Shown one piece after another: positions 40,689-51,162 of a stretch of DNA of 64,000 bases. Position 1 is the stretch's first letter; each line of letters begins with the position of its first letter. Below the pieces are notes generated by a model. That model saw only the letters and a list, made by a program, of their open reading frames with translations, made no database searches and was not told where the DNA came from. The position numbers and the translations under genes were made by a program. The stretch is from Flaccisagitta enflata (taxonomy: Eukaryota): NCBI GenBank assembly GCA_965153355.1, contig OZ231126.1, positions 25,668,001 through 25,732,000 on the forward strand. The letters run 5' to 3'.

Positions 40689-41018
40689 ATGGCGCATGAA
40701 GCAGAGAGGTTGAAGGCGGACGACGTGCCAGTTACTCCATTGACATTGACGAGAGAAGATATGTTGAAGTTTTATGCCTATAACAGGTGTCTTTGCGCGA
40801 AGGGGTGTGCACTTGGCGATTCCGTTTGTGGATTTTGTGCCAGCCGTGTGCGTAAGAGAGTGCGCGAGGAGTTGAAAGAGAAAAGGGATGAATTGAAAGC
40901 GACATGGAAGGAAGCGAAGCGTGTGAAGGAAATGGACAAAGTGAGAAAAACTTTATTCGTTGGTGTTGGTGGTGAATATGGTGGTGGTGATGTGGAGTGG
41001 CCGGAATCAAATGAGTAA
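40689..41018 (+). CDS. Small Cys-containing/coiled-coil hypothetical protein (109 aa)
   Basis: ATG lies just after the transposon. Contains a CLCAKGC...CGFC cluster. Confidence 0.55.
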   Translation: MAHEAERLKADDVPVTPLTLTREDMLKFYAYNRCLCAKGCALGDSVCGFCASRVRKRVREELKEKRDELKATWKEAKRVKEMDKVRKTLFVGVGGEYGGGDVEWPESNE

Positions 41019-41231
41019 TTTTAGATTTGTGGATGTGGCTTTGGTGTTAGTATTGTGTTATCGCAGTTACTGATTATTATGAAGATAAAGTTAATAATTA
41101 CTGCATGTATATATTGTTGAATGTTATTTGTTGTGCATTTGATTTCAGGTTCATTTTGGTTGATAATTGGCGTTCGGAATCTGGTTATTGATTAAAAACT
41201 GACCACAACAATTTGGTAATTAACAAGAACC

Positions 41232-41930
41232 ATGGCCGAATTAAACAACGAGGTTGTTGGACTTACCACCAATGGTGTGGATGAAGATGCGTGCGACGAC
41301 ATGTTTGGGCGAATTCCGGATAAAGACGTGAACGTTATCGGCGACAAAAGCGCGGCCTCTGCGATTGACGGTGAACACGGAATGGCCGTCCTAAACGACA
41401 TCTCGCGTACGGCGACTGGGGATGAAAGTGGAATGGAGTGTGTCGTCGACGAAGGACGCAGCAGCGTGGATGCCAGCCACAACAGTAGCAGCTGCAGCGT
41501 GGATGGTGATGCGGAGGGAATGGAGGAAAGTTCAAACGGCGTGTGTGTCCAGTCGGTGAACTTGACAATGGAGGAGAGAATTGGGTACATGGAGGTGCAG
41601 CTGAGCGCAATGAAGATTGAGGTTGGGCTGGTGAAGGATAGGATGGTCGATGTCATTCGCGCGCAGAATGATTTGTTTGAACATCGAGCTGCAACTGAAG
41701 GAAGGAACGTGGTTACCATGGCCGCGTTTGAGAAGATGGTCGATTCGGCGGTGACGTCTGGGACGAAATATGGCGTGAGTCGGCGCTACATCACGCGTTA
41801 CCTGTGTGAGGAACATAAACAAATTGATGGAAGATACTTACAGAAGAAATTAGGAATTGTTCTGAAAAAGAGACTGGCGACTAATGAGTATTTGTTGTCA
41901 GATTCCTTGTTCAAAATTAACAAAAAATGA
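41232..41930 (+). CDS. Protein with a C-terminal linker-histone H1/H5-like winged-helix domain (232 aa)
   Basis: FEKMVDSAV...GVSRRYITRYL...LQKKLGIVLKKRLATNEYL...SLFKI follows the H15 consensus (Y..MI..AI...G.SR.AI.KYI...LK.ALK..V..G...GSFKL). Confidence 0.6.
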   Translation: MAELNNEVVGLTTNGVDEDACDDMFGRIPDKDVNVIGDKSAASAIDGEHGMAVLNDISRTATGDESGMECVVDEGRSSVDASHNSSSCSVDGDAEGMEESSNGVCVQSVNLTMEERIGYMEVQLSAMKIEVGLVKDRMVDVIRAQNDLFEHRAATEGRNVVTMAAFEKMVDSAVTSGTKYGVSRRYITRYLCEEHKQIDGRYLQKKLGIVLKKRLATNEYLLSDSLFKINKK

Positions 41931-42064
41931 AATTTGATTACTGGCAAAACCAGAATTTGTGGCTGTTTTGTAAAAAAAGACATTTGATATTTCAGTGATT
42001 AAGGCTTGAATACTGAATTGGATTACAGTGAATTATTTACATTGAAGTAAAGAAAGAAAGAAGG

Positions 42065-44525
42065 ATGGAACTGTTGGTAGAGGGGTCAAAGTTGGATATT
42101 CCCCAATCAACGATAATCAGTCGCGTTCCTGAGACTTTAATAGGCGTGACTGGACAAGCGCGGTTAAATGTTACACCAAGCCAATCTGTGACTGACGCTA
42201 GTCGGTACAGCTTTCAAATACAGCCAAATGTGCCCATGGAACTATTCCCTCGAAACTCATTTTTGAGGTTGAAATACAGAGTGAAAAAGTCGAATGGGGA
42301 GAAGTTTAAAGATACGGACCAGGTATGTGGTATGGAGAGAGAGAGAGAGAGAGAGGAGGGAGAGACTGGGAGAATGAGAGATTGAGAAAGGCATAATGAA
42401 ATACAAGGGGGGGGGGAGAGAGACATATAGGACGATATAGAGAAAGTAGGGGGCGTGGATTAATTGGTTAATATTGTATTGATATAGGTGAGCTGTCAAC
42501 AGTTTCTTGGTGTAATGGTTTTCGAATCGGCTCGTTTGATAATTGGAGGACATGAATTTCTGAAAATATTCCCGACTTCAAATTACGTGCAGTTCCTTAG
42601 AATGATGCTTCTGTACGAAGAGAGTTACCGGGAGATTCACTTTTACTCGCTGGGTAAGTTAATGTGAAAGTTGATGAGTATAAAAGTTGATACAAATATG
42701 ATGATATGATAATGACTGATACTGCTACAATATTGCTATTTCAGGCTTCAGAGCAAATTTGCCGCCGTTTTCTGATGAAACTGATGTCCTTCTGGATGAG
42801 GTAGGTTAGGTTGTGTTTGCACTGTGTGGGTTTAGTTTTGAGTTTAATGTGTGTGTAGTAATAATTGTTTTTTTTTTGTCCCCTTTTTCAGCCCTGTTTC
42901 TGTAGATGTGGAAGATGCAACTGTCTCCAGTATAACAATCCATTGGCTGGTAATTGTACTGTTTAAATGTTGGTTGATTGCTGCTGTAACATTATTATTG
43001 GTTTATGGAAAAAAGTAGATTTTATTGTGGTAATTTGGCATGATTTTTTGTTTTGTAGGCAGCTCTGGATGCGGTGCTATGTCTGCTACTGAGATGGCCA
43101 AGGGCGAAGGGAATACTGAAAGAAGCGGAAAGGAAATATTGGCACTCATGGAAAGGTAAGGCGTGCTTTGTTGGATGATAGATTTTTTTGGTGGGGTGAG
43201 TGTGAGTTGAGAGATTAAGATGATAATGCGATGTTTTGTTTTGTTTTTTTTGTGACAGGAATAGGCGGTTTAATCCGGGTTTGTACCAAAGAGCGAGGAT
43301 GCTTCGGGCCTCTGTGGTTGGAGAGGAACCGATGGAAATGGCAATTCCATTGCATCTGTTGCATGAGTTTTGGTAATAATTGTGAAAGCAAAATAATTAT
43401 TGTGAATGAGAATGTATGGTTGGTTTATTTAATTATTGCTGTTGCCCACTCGCCTGCGATTAGGGCAGTGTTGTATCCGACTTTGTTAGTGTGATAATTT
43501 CTTTTTTTTTTCTTTTTTTTTTTTTATTCGACAGGGGTTTGGATTGCCTCTATCCTCAGAAAAAAATTGTGGAATTTGTCCTCAAACTTAACGACGTTTC
43601 CAAGGTTTTATTGAAAGATCCGAAGGACGAAAATGATTATGAAATAGAAATCCAATCCATCTGGTTAGATTTGAATTACGTGCATTTGGAGGTAAGTGCC
43701 TATAACTGCCTATATGAGTGCCTGTAATTGCCTATAACTGCCTATAAATGCGCACAAGTGCCTAAAAATATGCATAGATACATGTGTATGATTATGGTGA
43801 TTGAGATATAAATAATAATGCTAATGTGTTTTGATTTGTGAGAGGGGGGGGGTTAGAATTGTATGCCCGATGTTACAAAAATGTAATTATATGCAATTTA
43901 TATGTTTTAGGCTGGAATTCGCTCTCAATTTTACGACCTCATCAACAGCGAAGGATTGACAAGAATTTTAAATGTCCAAAGGGTACAGGAGTACAGTTTG
44001 GCCCAAGGGAATCGCATCTTTCATTTCCCAAATGCCTCTAGTTTTTCTCGCTGTCCCGAAGTCGTACTTCTTTGTTTTGTCAGCGACAAGAGGCATGAGG
44101 GAAACAACATAAATAGAATGATATTCCACTCGTTTGGGCTCGAGAGTTTGTCAGTTACTCGCAACGGATTGCCAAGCGTGCATAATGAGTTTACAAGGAA
44201 TATGGATTTGGGCAACATTGACAGCCCCCACATTGATTTTTTCTATCGGAGTTTAGTGGATTTTTTTCGACCCCATGCTGAGAAGAGTGTGTCGCGCGAA
44301 AGGTTTTTCTCAGAGATGTTTCTCATCTGTATTGAACCTGGGCCCATACCGAGAACGTTATTTCCAGAGGACCCAAGGGAAACTGTTAACTTGTCCTCCA
44401 CCCTCGTTCTTGATGTCGATTTGACGTTTAAAAAGAAGTTGAATGAGAATTTACAGATGTTTTTGATTTCATTCGACAAAGTTGTTACAAAAATTGGAGT
44501 TCAAGGAGATATTGTTGAAAGTTAA
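42065..44525 (+). CDS. Major capsid protein (double jelly-roll), 8 exons: 42065-42322, 42488-42653, 42745-42800, 42892-42949, 43059-43155, 43259-43372, 43535-43691, 43911-44525 (506 aa)
   Basis: All 7 introns are GT-AG and phase-compatible (0,1,0,1,2,2,0). The spliced protein tracks Polinton MCP motifs: FLRLKYRVKKSNG, NYVQFLRMMLLY, NPGLYQRA, CPEVVLLCFVSD...FHSFGLESLSVTRNG. Confidence 0.88.
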
Positions 44526-44572
44526 TGATTTACCTGTATGATATTTTTGTTTCAGATACTGAATGATTAACA

Positions 44573-44934
44573 ATGGTGAAGGTTAAACGAGACGCAAAAG
44601 GGCGTTATGTCTCTTGTTTGAAGAAACAGTTGCGCAGAGTTAGGAGGCGCAGGAAAGAAGGGGCGAAAGAGGAGGAGAAGGAGGCGGAGGCAAAGGAGGA
44701 GGGCATCAGGGGGTGGAAAGAGAAAGCGGCGACGCGGTTACTCAATGCCTAAAGCGGCGCGTGCGCCTAGGAATCACGGGTGCGTTTTGGGCAACGGTGT
44801 CGTCGTTAATGCAACGAGAAAAAAGTGAAATTCGTTACAAGACTTATGTGCATTTCAGGTTGGATACTCTGACCGACGACCAAGTGGCATATTTGAAAAG
44901 AAAGGCGAATAGGGCGTTCGAGTCTCACCTTTAA
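44573..44934 (+). CDS. Small basic protein (MVKVKRDAKGRYV...), probably frameshifted in a G-run near 44710
   Basis: The ATG at 44573 gives 59 aa, ending at 44752. The overlapping frame 44713-44934 continues as plausible protein. Confidence 0.35.
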
Positions 44935-45348
44935 AGAAGGACGATTTGTTTGGAACATTTGTGAATACGGGCGCGGGGCGGCATAGTCGATACGAGGCAT
45001 CGTCGGCGAGGCATCGTCGACGCGAGGCATCGGCGATCGTCGAGGCATCGTCGGCACGCGGCATCGTCGGTGTGGGCATCGTCGACAGCGGGGCATCGCG
45101 GGCATCGCGGGGCATCGCGACGCGGGCATCGCAGACGCGGGCATCGCAGACGCGTGGCATCGTAGAAATGAGGAGTTATTGTGACGCGGATTGAATTGGC
45201 GCGTTTACCTGATATAAACAATTGATGTTTACTGTGATTTAATGGAAGAATATTCACATTTATTCTTTATGTTTTCGTTTGTATATTGCAATGATTTTAA
45301 TTTTTATTGGATGATCAGATTGAAATGACGTAGACAACGCGATTAAAA

Positions 45349-48300
45349 ATGACATTTACGGAAAGTGAAATAAACGCCATTGTGCGGGATGATCAGGACA
45401 TGGAAACTGTGCTTCCAAGGGATTACTCCCCAATAATCCACGACGCACTTCGCAATAATTACCATAATGCGCGGACTAGATTAATTATGGCTCCTGGTCG
45501 CTATTGCTCGGAGATACAAGTTAGACTGGCAAACATGCGGCCGGTCCAATATGACTCTTATCGCAACTATTGGCCATCATTACTCGGAGAGAATTTAAAC
45601 TTCGTGCAATTTGTGAAATCGGCGCTAATTACGCAATTTGCATCAAGACGGACTTGCGTTCGCGTGAATTTTAGCATATCGTTGCTAATTTTGGACCCCA
45701 ATGACACTAACTCACCGACTCATTTTTTGTGGTCATCTCGTGGAAACTTCGCATGTTTGGACGTCGCATTTTCTATACACAGTTGGTCGACTTTGAATGA
45801 GTTCATCGAAGACGTTGTGGCGCCATATTCCGTTGAAAACGCCTTAATGAGGAAGTTGGAAACGTTAGAGGAGCGTTATTCTGGTGAACTAATCCCAATT
45901 TCTGTGAACTTCTACATCACCCTCAATACTAACACTATATTCGGTGCCAGAAAAACATACAATCAACGATACCTAAGTGACAATGAGTGCGTCGATAAGG
46001 AAACGTGCAACAGAAACACGGATTGTGTGTGGAACGCCCTCTCGTCGATGGTGACCCTGGACAACGAGCGTCGGCCGATAGTGCGGCACTGTTTACGGAA
46101 AAGGGTGAATAAAAGAATAGCAAAGAGATTAAAGGTGCAATTTTTGAGATGGTATAGGACGACTAAGTTTAAAGGTGACTACTTCAGTGATCCAGTGACT
46201 GCTCATGGATTTGACGCATCTTTCTTCTCTATATTAGAGAAATTCCTAAAAATGGGAATTGTGCTTGTTGACAATACTCAAATAACAAAGAAAAAGGTTG
46301 GATTTTTTGGACTTGTGAACACTAACTCTAAGATGAGATGCTTGAAGGTAAAATTCGCATCGAAAGAGAGACGGGCAGAAACTATATACCTCTCTACGGA
46401 TGGACGGAATCATATACAGTGCATCACTAATTTGCCTATGTTTGCCCATAAATTCACATGTAAGGGCTGCGCAAAGTCGTACCGTTATGCCTGTGAGTTA
46501 AAGCGACACAATTGTAAACAGGCAAAGTTTGGAGGTAGCACACAGCAAAAGTGGATTTACTCCCTACACAAAAGCATTGAAAAAACTTTGAGTGTGGAAA
46601 ATAGACTAAAGAGTGACGCAAAATACATGCATGTTCTTATAAATGAAACGGGTGTTGATGGTGGCATCAGTGTGAAGATGCATTTTCATTTATTTGGATC
46701 GGACATTTTAACCAAGGCTGTAGTGACTCCTGATTTACAGTGTGCCACGCAGATAATAGTGAAATATTGCACCAGAGCTGCATTGATTGTACTCAGTGAG
46801 AGAATGGCAAAGAACTTTAGTCTACTAAAAACAGTTGAGAATGAGTGTAACGGCATTACGATTAAAAGTGACCCCATACAGGTGGAAAACCTGTTGAGGG
46901 TGAAACAAGGACTAGTTGAGTTTTTGTCGTCATTCGCATGTTACATACAAACAGGACATGGTGACAGCTTGACGTCAAATGTTGTTATGCATACACTTGT
47001 TTCTACATTGAGCGATGACAACGATTGCAATAATTTTGCCATTCGATTTGCAAGAAATATGCTACAAGGTGTGTACATAAAGGGTAATCCAGTGAGATAT
47101 TTGAATTTGGGTGAATTTGCACCCAACTACATGGGATTAGAAGCGTGTGACAGTCATGTGATTGATTGGTCTTTAGTAATTGCGAAATTTGAGGAATACT
47201 TTGGACTGAACATCACCGGATTAAGTCCGGGGCAAATCGGCCATCAGCTTTTAGCAAACAATTTAACATGTACCGAAAAAAAAATGTTCATGACATCAAC
47301 TGTCGCATTTCAAGAGCGTACATTCCACGAAAATGTGAGATATGGACTCCTTTCATTCCAAGAAAGTGGCATCGTGTCGCAGAATGCTTCTTTCAAATCG
47401 GTGATATCAAGTGACTACAGTAAATTCTACTTTAGCATTCTAACTAGCCCTAACCCAGATGATTTTAAATGGCTCACTGTTGGCTTACCAATTAGATATG
47501 AAGAGCAGAAAAGAGATGGAGTGTTCGTGGCAGAAAGGACGCGACGTAGGAAGACAATGGCCAATCTTTTTTTGCGGCTGGTAGAGGAAATGTTTGACAC
47601 GACGGTTGTTTCACTTATTAACAGCAGAGAGATGAAATTTGACTCAAAACCAGTGGATGGTTACTTTCAGTTAAATGGTGAAACGTGGGTGACTGAGTAC
47701 TGTGGATGTGGCTACCACGGTGTAGGTGAGAGTAGCTGTGACGACGATGAGGCGGTTAAAACACACAATGGAGTTTGTCATTTGCCAAAGAGTTTCATTA
47801 GGACAAACTACCCCGGACACAGTGAATCGTGTGACGTTTGCAAGGCCGATGAATGTAGTGATAGTTACAATTTTGCGAAGCCATCTCTTTGGCATTTACG
47901 AGATGGAGAAGATCTCAATTCTATGCATTTTTTCCGCAAGGGGTGCTCATACCGTGATCTGTTTGAACAAACTAAAGAAAAGAACAACAGTATAAAAAAT
48001 TGTGGATTTAAACTATTAGTAGTCTATGAATGTACTATACTAAAGTACTGGAATTGCACCGTTGGTGATTTTTTTGCACAGTGGCAGTTACCAGTAAAGG
48101 GTACACACAAGAGTGAAGTATTGGGGAAAATGATGGGGCAGATATGCAATACTGCGTTCCCTCTTTCCAGATACCCATACCTAACTGAAAGCAGAATAGT
48201 GGAATCGATTAAAACAAGAATGTTAAATGGGTTTGTGACAATTACGTGCAATTTGGGCCCAAAGAGTGCTCAGGTTTTAGGGGCAATTAAACCCTTTTTT

Positions 48301-49275
48301 TTACGAGACAAACAGGGGAATCCTGTTCAGAGTTTTGAAATTGAAAAGAGGACCGTTTCAACCTGCTTACTCCATGAATTGCTTACAAACCCTTCATTTG
48401 TGGATTTTACTGTTATAAAAATACATGAAGCATTCGAGTTTACTGTCCCACGGACAAACCCATTTGAGAAATTGCGAAGTCCTGTCAAAATTGCATTGAG
48501 CAATGAGGGAAGTTGCACATTCACAAAACTAGTTAAGGCCACAATAAACCGCGCAGTTGGAAGTCTTAATTACAATTGTACTAAACGCGTGAAAAGTATT
48601 TTGATTAAAGAGGATGACATAGCACATTTGAATTCCCAAAACTCAAATTTGTCCCACTGCACACGCGTAACTGCGGACAAGGTGTTGATGCATCTAAAGA
48701 ATAGACGTGCTGTTAGCAACAGTTCCCACTTGCATTTGGGTATCTTAGCAACTGGAGTATCGGCTATGCTGCGTTATCTATGTGGGATGAAACAATTTCT
48801 GACTGGCGCTGTTTTTCAACGATGCAACACTGATGGGGTGGTAGTAAAATTTGAGACAGAACATTTTCACGAGTCTCTGACAGTTTACAGTGATTTGTCG
48901 CTTGTATTTGATGCGTTTTTACCAAGAGATAATTTGAGCACGGAGATGCTAAACGGTTATATTACATGGAAAAAAACCTATTTTAAACATTTGGGATTTT
49001 GCCCTAATCACGAGAAAGTGTACATGGATTTTCTACTTAAAAATGATACATGTTTTAATCCAATGGAATGCTGTAGAAAATTTGTTAACAACGATACTAG
49101 ATTTTGTATGATTGTAGAGTTTACTGGCAACATGGCTCTTTTTAAGTCGGTAAATGCGTTAATTATTGTGAACACGTACAATTTAAAAAAATATGCAAAG
49201 GGCGTTGCGTATCAATCATTTGACTGTGTTAATCTTGCTGGCAAGAGTTGTGATGAGTTGAAATTAATGCTGTAG
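45349..49275 (+). CDS. Protein-primed family B DNA polymerase (pPolB) with Vsr-like nuclease insert, divergent (1308 aa)
   Basis: N-terminal NTDCVWNAL and HIQCITN...CKGC...KRHNC Zn region. Motif A SSDYSKFY (47413). Vsr-like VDGY...EYCGCGYHG...VVYEC. Motif B KATINRAVG (48535). Motif C CNTDG (48832). Confidence 0.85.
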   Translation: MTFTESEINAIVRDDQDMETVLPRDYSPIIHDALRNNYHNARTRLIMAPGRYCSEIQVRLANMRPVQYDSYRNYWPSLLGENLNFVQFVKSALITQFASRRTCVRVNFSISLLILDPNDTNSPTHFLWSSRGNFACLDVAFSIHSWSTLNEFIEDVVAPYSVENALMRKLETLEERYSGELIPISVNFYITLNTNTIFGARKTYNQRYLSDNECVDKETCNRNTDCVWNALSSMVTLDNERRPIVRHCLRKRVNKRIAKRLKVQFLRWYRTTKFKGDYFSDPVTAHGFDASFFSILEKFLKMGIVLVDNTQITKKKVGFFGLVNTNSKMRCLKVKFASKERRAETIYLSTDGRNHIQCITNLPMFAHKFTCKGCAKSYRYACELKRHNCKQAKFGGSTQQKWIYSLHKSIEKTLSVENRLKSDAKYMHVLINETGVDGGISVKMHFHLFGSDILTKAVVTPDLQCATQIIVKYCTRAALIVLSERMAKNFSLLKTVENECNGITIKSDPIQVENLLRVKQGLVEFLSSFACYIQTGHGDSLTSNVVMHTLVSTLSDDNDCNNFAIRFARNMLQGVYIKGNPVRYLNLGEFAPNYMGLEACDSHVIDWSLVIAKFEEYFGLNITGLSPGQIGHQLLANNLTCTEKKMFMTSTVAFQERTFHENVRYGLLSFQESGIVSQNASFKSVISSDYSKFYFSILTSPNPDDFKWLTVGLPIRYEEQKRDGVFVAERTRRRKTMANLFLRLVEEMFDTTVVSLINSREMKFDSKPVDGYFQLNGETWVTEYCGCGYHGVGESSCDDDEAVKTHNGVCHLPKSFIRTNYPGHSESCDVCKADECSDSYNFAKPSLWHLRDGEDLNSMHFFRKGCSYRDLFEQTKEKNNSIKNCGFKLLVVYECTILKYWNCTVGDFFAQWQLPVKGTHKSEVLGKMMGQICNTAFPLSRYPYLTESRIVESIKTRMLNGFVTITCNLGPKSAQVLGAIKPFFLRDKQGNPVQSFEIEKRTVSTCLLHELLTNPSFVDFTVIKIHEAFEFTVPRTNPFEKLRSPVKIALSNEGSCTFTKLVKATINRAVGSLNYNCTKRVKSILIKEDDIAHLNSQNSNLSHCTRVTADKVLMHLKNRRAVSNSSHLHLGILATGVSAMLRYLCGMKQFLTGAVFQRCNTDGVVVKFETEHFHESLTVYSDLSLVFDAFLPRDNLSTEMLNGYITWKKTYFKHLGFCPNHEKVYMDFLLKNDTCFNPMECCRKFVNNDTRFCMIVEFTGNMALFKSVNALIIVNTYNLKKYAKGVAYQSFDCVNLAGKSCDELKLML

Positions 49276-49773
49276 TTGGTTGCTGTTATTTAATTTGTTG
49301 AATGTGACTATTTATTGAATATTTATACCAATGCTATTTATTTATTTATTTTCATAGGTTTTCTTTACAACGTGATTTGGAACAATTTAAGCGAGAATAA
49401 TGAAACTTTTGATTGTTACACGGGAAAGCGAATAAAAATTACGAGTGAGGAGGCAGTAAAAATTTGAGAGAAAATGGTCAACTTCGAAAGAAAAAATACC
49501 GTTACTGCGATAACAAGGGAGATTCAGGTCTGTATAAAAATGTGTTTTGGATTTGTGGTAACTGTGTGTATAAAATTAACGAGTCTGCAATGGCACAATT
49601 TTCACAACTTACAACATAGTTTTTTCACAACTTCGGGTTGAGTTTATCACGACCTCAATTCGAGTTTATCACAACCACAGTTCAAGTTTATCACAACCAC
49701 TCTTTAGTTTGTACTAATCACAACCACGTACTGTTTTTGTTTTTGTCACAGTAATTCCGTTAACATCGCTGCG

Positions 49774-50445
49774 TTAGTCGGATGATGGGTTTTCAGGAGA
49801 GGGTGTGTGGAACTGCCCCCTCCCCCTTTTGGGTCCGGCATTTTCCTTCGACGCGTCTGGAGCCTTTCGTTTTTTCCCTTTCGCGGCATCGGCCTTCACG
49901 CATGCGTTGACCCGCATGGTTCGGAAGAACCTAGGCAGCACAGGTTGGATTGAACCAACTTCGGGAAGATCGGGGAATACGTTGAACGATTTGAAAATTG
50001 AGATCCTGTGAGAGAAGCAGTAATGAAAAAAATAAATATAGTAATTCTGTTGATATGGGTTTGTATGTTTGTAATCACGTGGAAAATGTTAGTTGTAAAT
50101 GATTGTTGTGCATAAGGGAAAAATGGAGGACAGGGGGGGGGGAGTGAGGGGGAGAGAGAGAAATGGGGTGAGATGGAAAGGGAGAGGGAGGGGATGGGGG
50201 GAGGGGATGGGGGGGGGGGGTGAGAGAGGAGGGGGGAGGATGAAATGAGGGGGAGAGAATGGAAGAGATGGGGAGAGGAGAGGGAGAGAGGGAGAGAGAG
50301 AGGGATAGAGAGGAAAGAGATAGAGAGGAGGGGAGAGAGGTAAAGGGGGGGGGAAGAGGAGGGTAAGAAGGGGAGGGGGAGATAGAGAGGGTTGGGGGAG
50401 AGGATAAGAGGGTTGGGAGGGAAGAGGGTTGGAGTGAGGTGGGTA

Positions 50446-50498
<53 letters not shown>

Positions 50499-51112
50499 AT
50501 TTGGCAAGGTGCCCCATCGACTACGATTTGCGAAGGACGTTCCGGTCGGACACCATCCACCTCCTCTCTCCACCATTCGTCTTCTTCGCAAAGGCCGTAT
50601 TCCTCGCGGATATCGGCCTTTCTTTCATCGGAGAGGTCAACCCACTTTTCTCCCGGCGACAAAATGGGACATTGCAGCCTGGAACGATGGAGAAATGTGT
50701 GTTATTACTGTTGTGTGTGTAATGTGAATAAAATTGGCAACGGAATGATTTTTGTATAGTTTTAACAATTACATTTAATTAACTAATGTACAATGATGGT
50801 ATTTATTTATATACTAACTTGAGTAACCACAATCGATTTAGAAGGCAGGAAAGTTCTCCAGGATTCTCTGCAAACTCTTTGATGTCAAAGTTTGAAGAGC
50901 ATAGAATTGGGACATCGTGGGCGATGCTGCGGCCAGCGCCATGTTTGACGTTAATATCGCCACTGACGCCTTCAAACATAAGTTTGAGGTCGGACGGCTT
51001 GAGTTGCTTTGGTTCCATTTCGTCGCAGTGCGCAACATCTACGATGGGGTGGAGAGGGGCAGAAAGAAAGAAACAAGGTAGATAGAAGTAGTTAGAAAGA
51101 AGGTAACAATAA

Positions 51113-51162
<50 letters not shown>

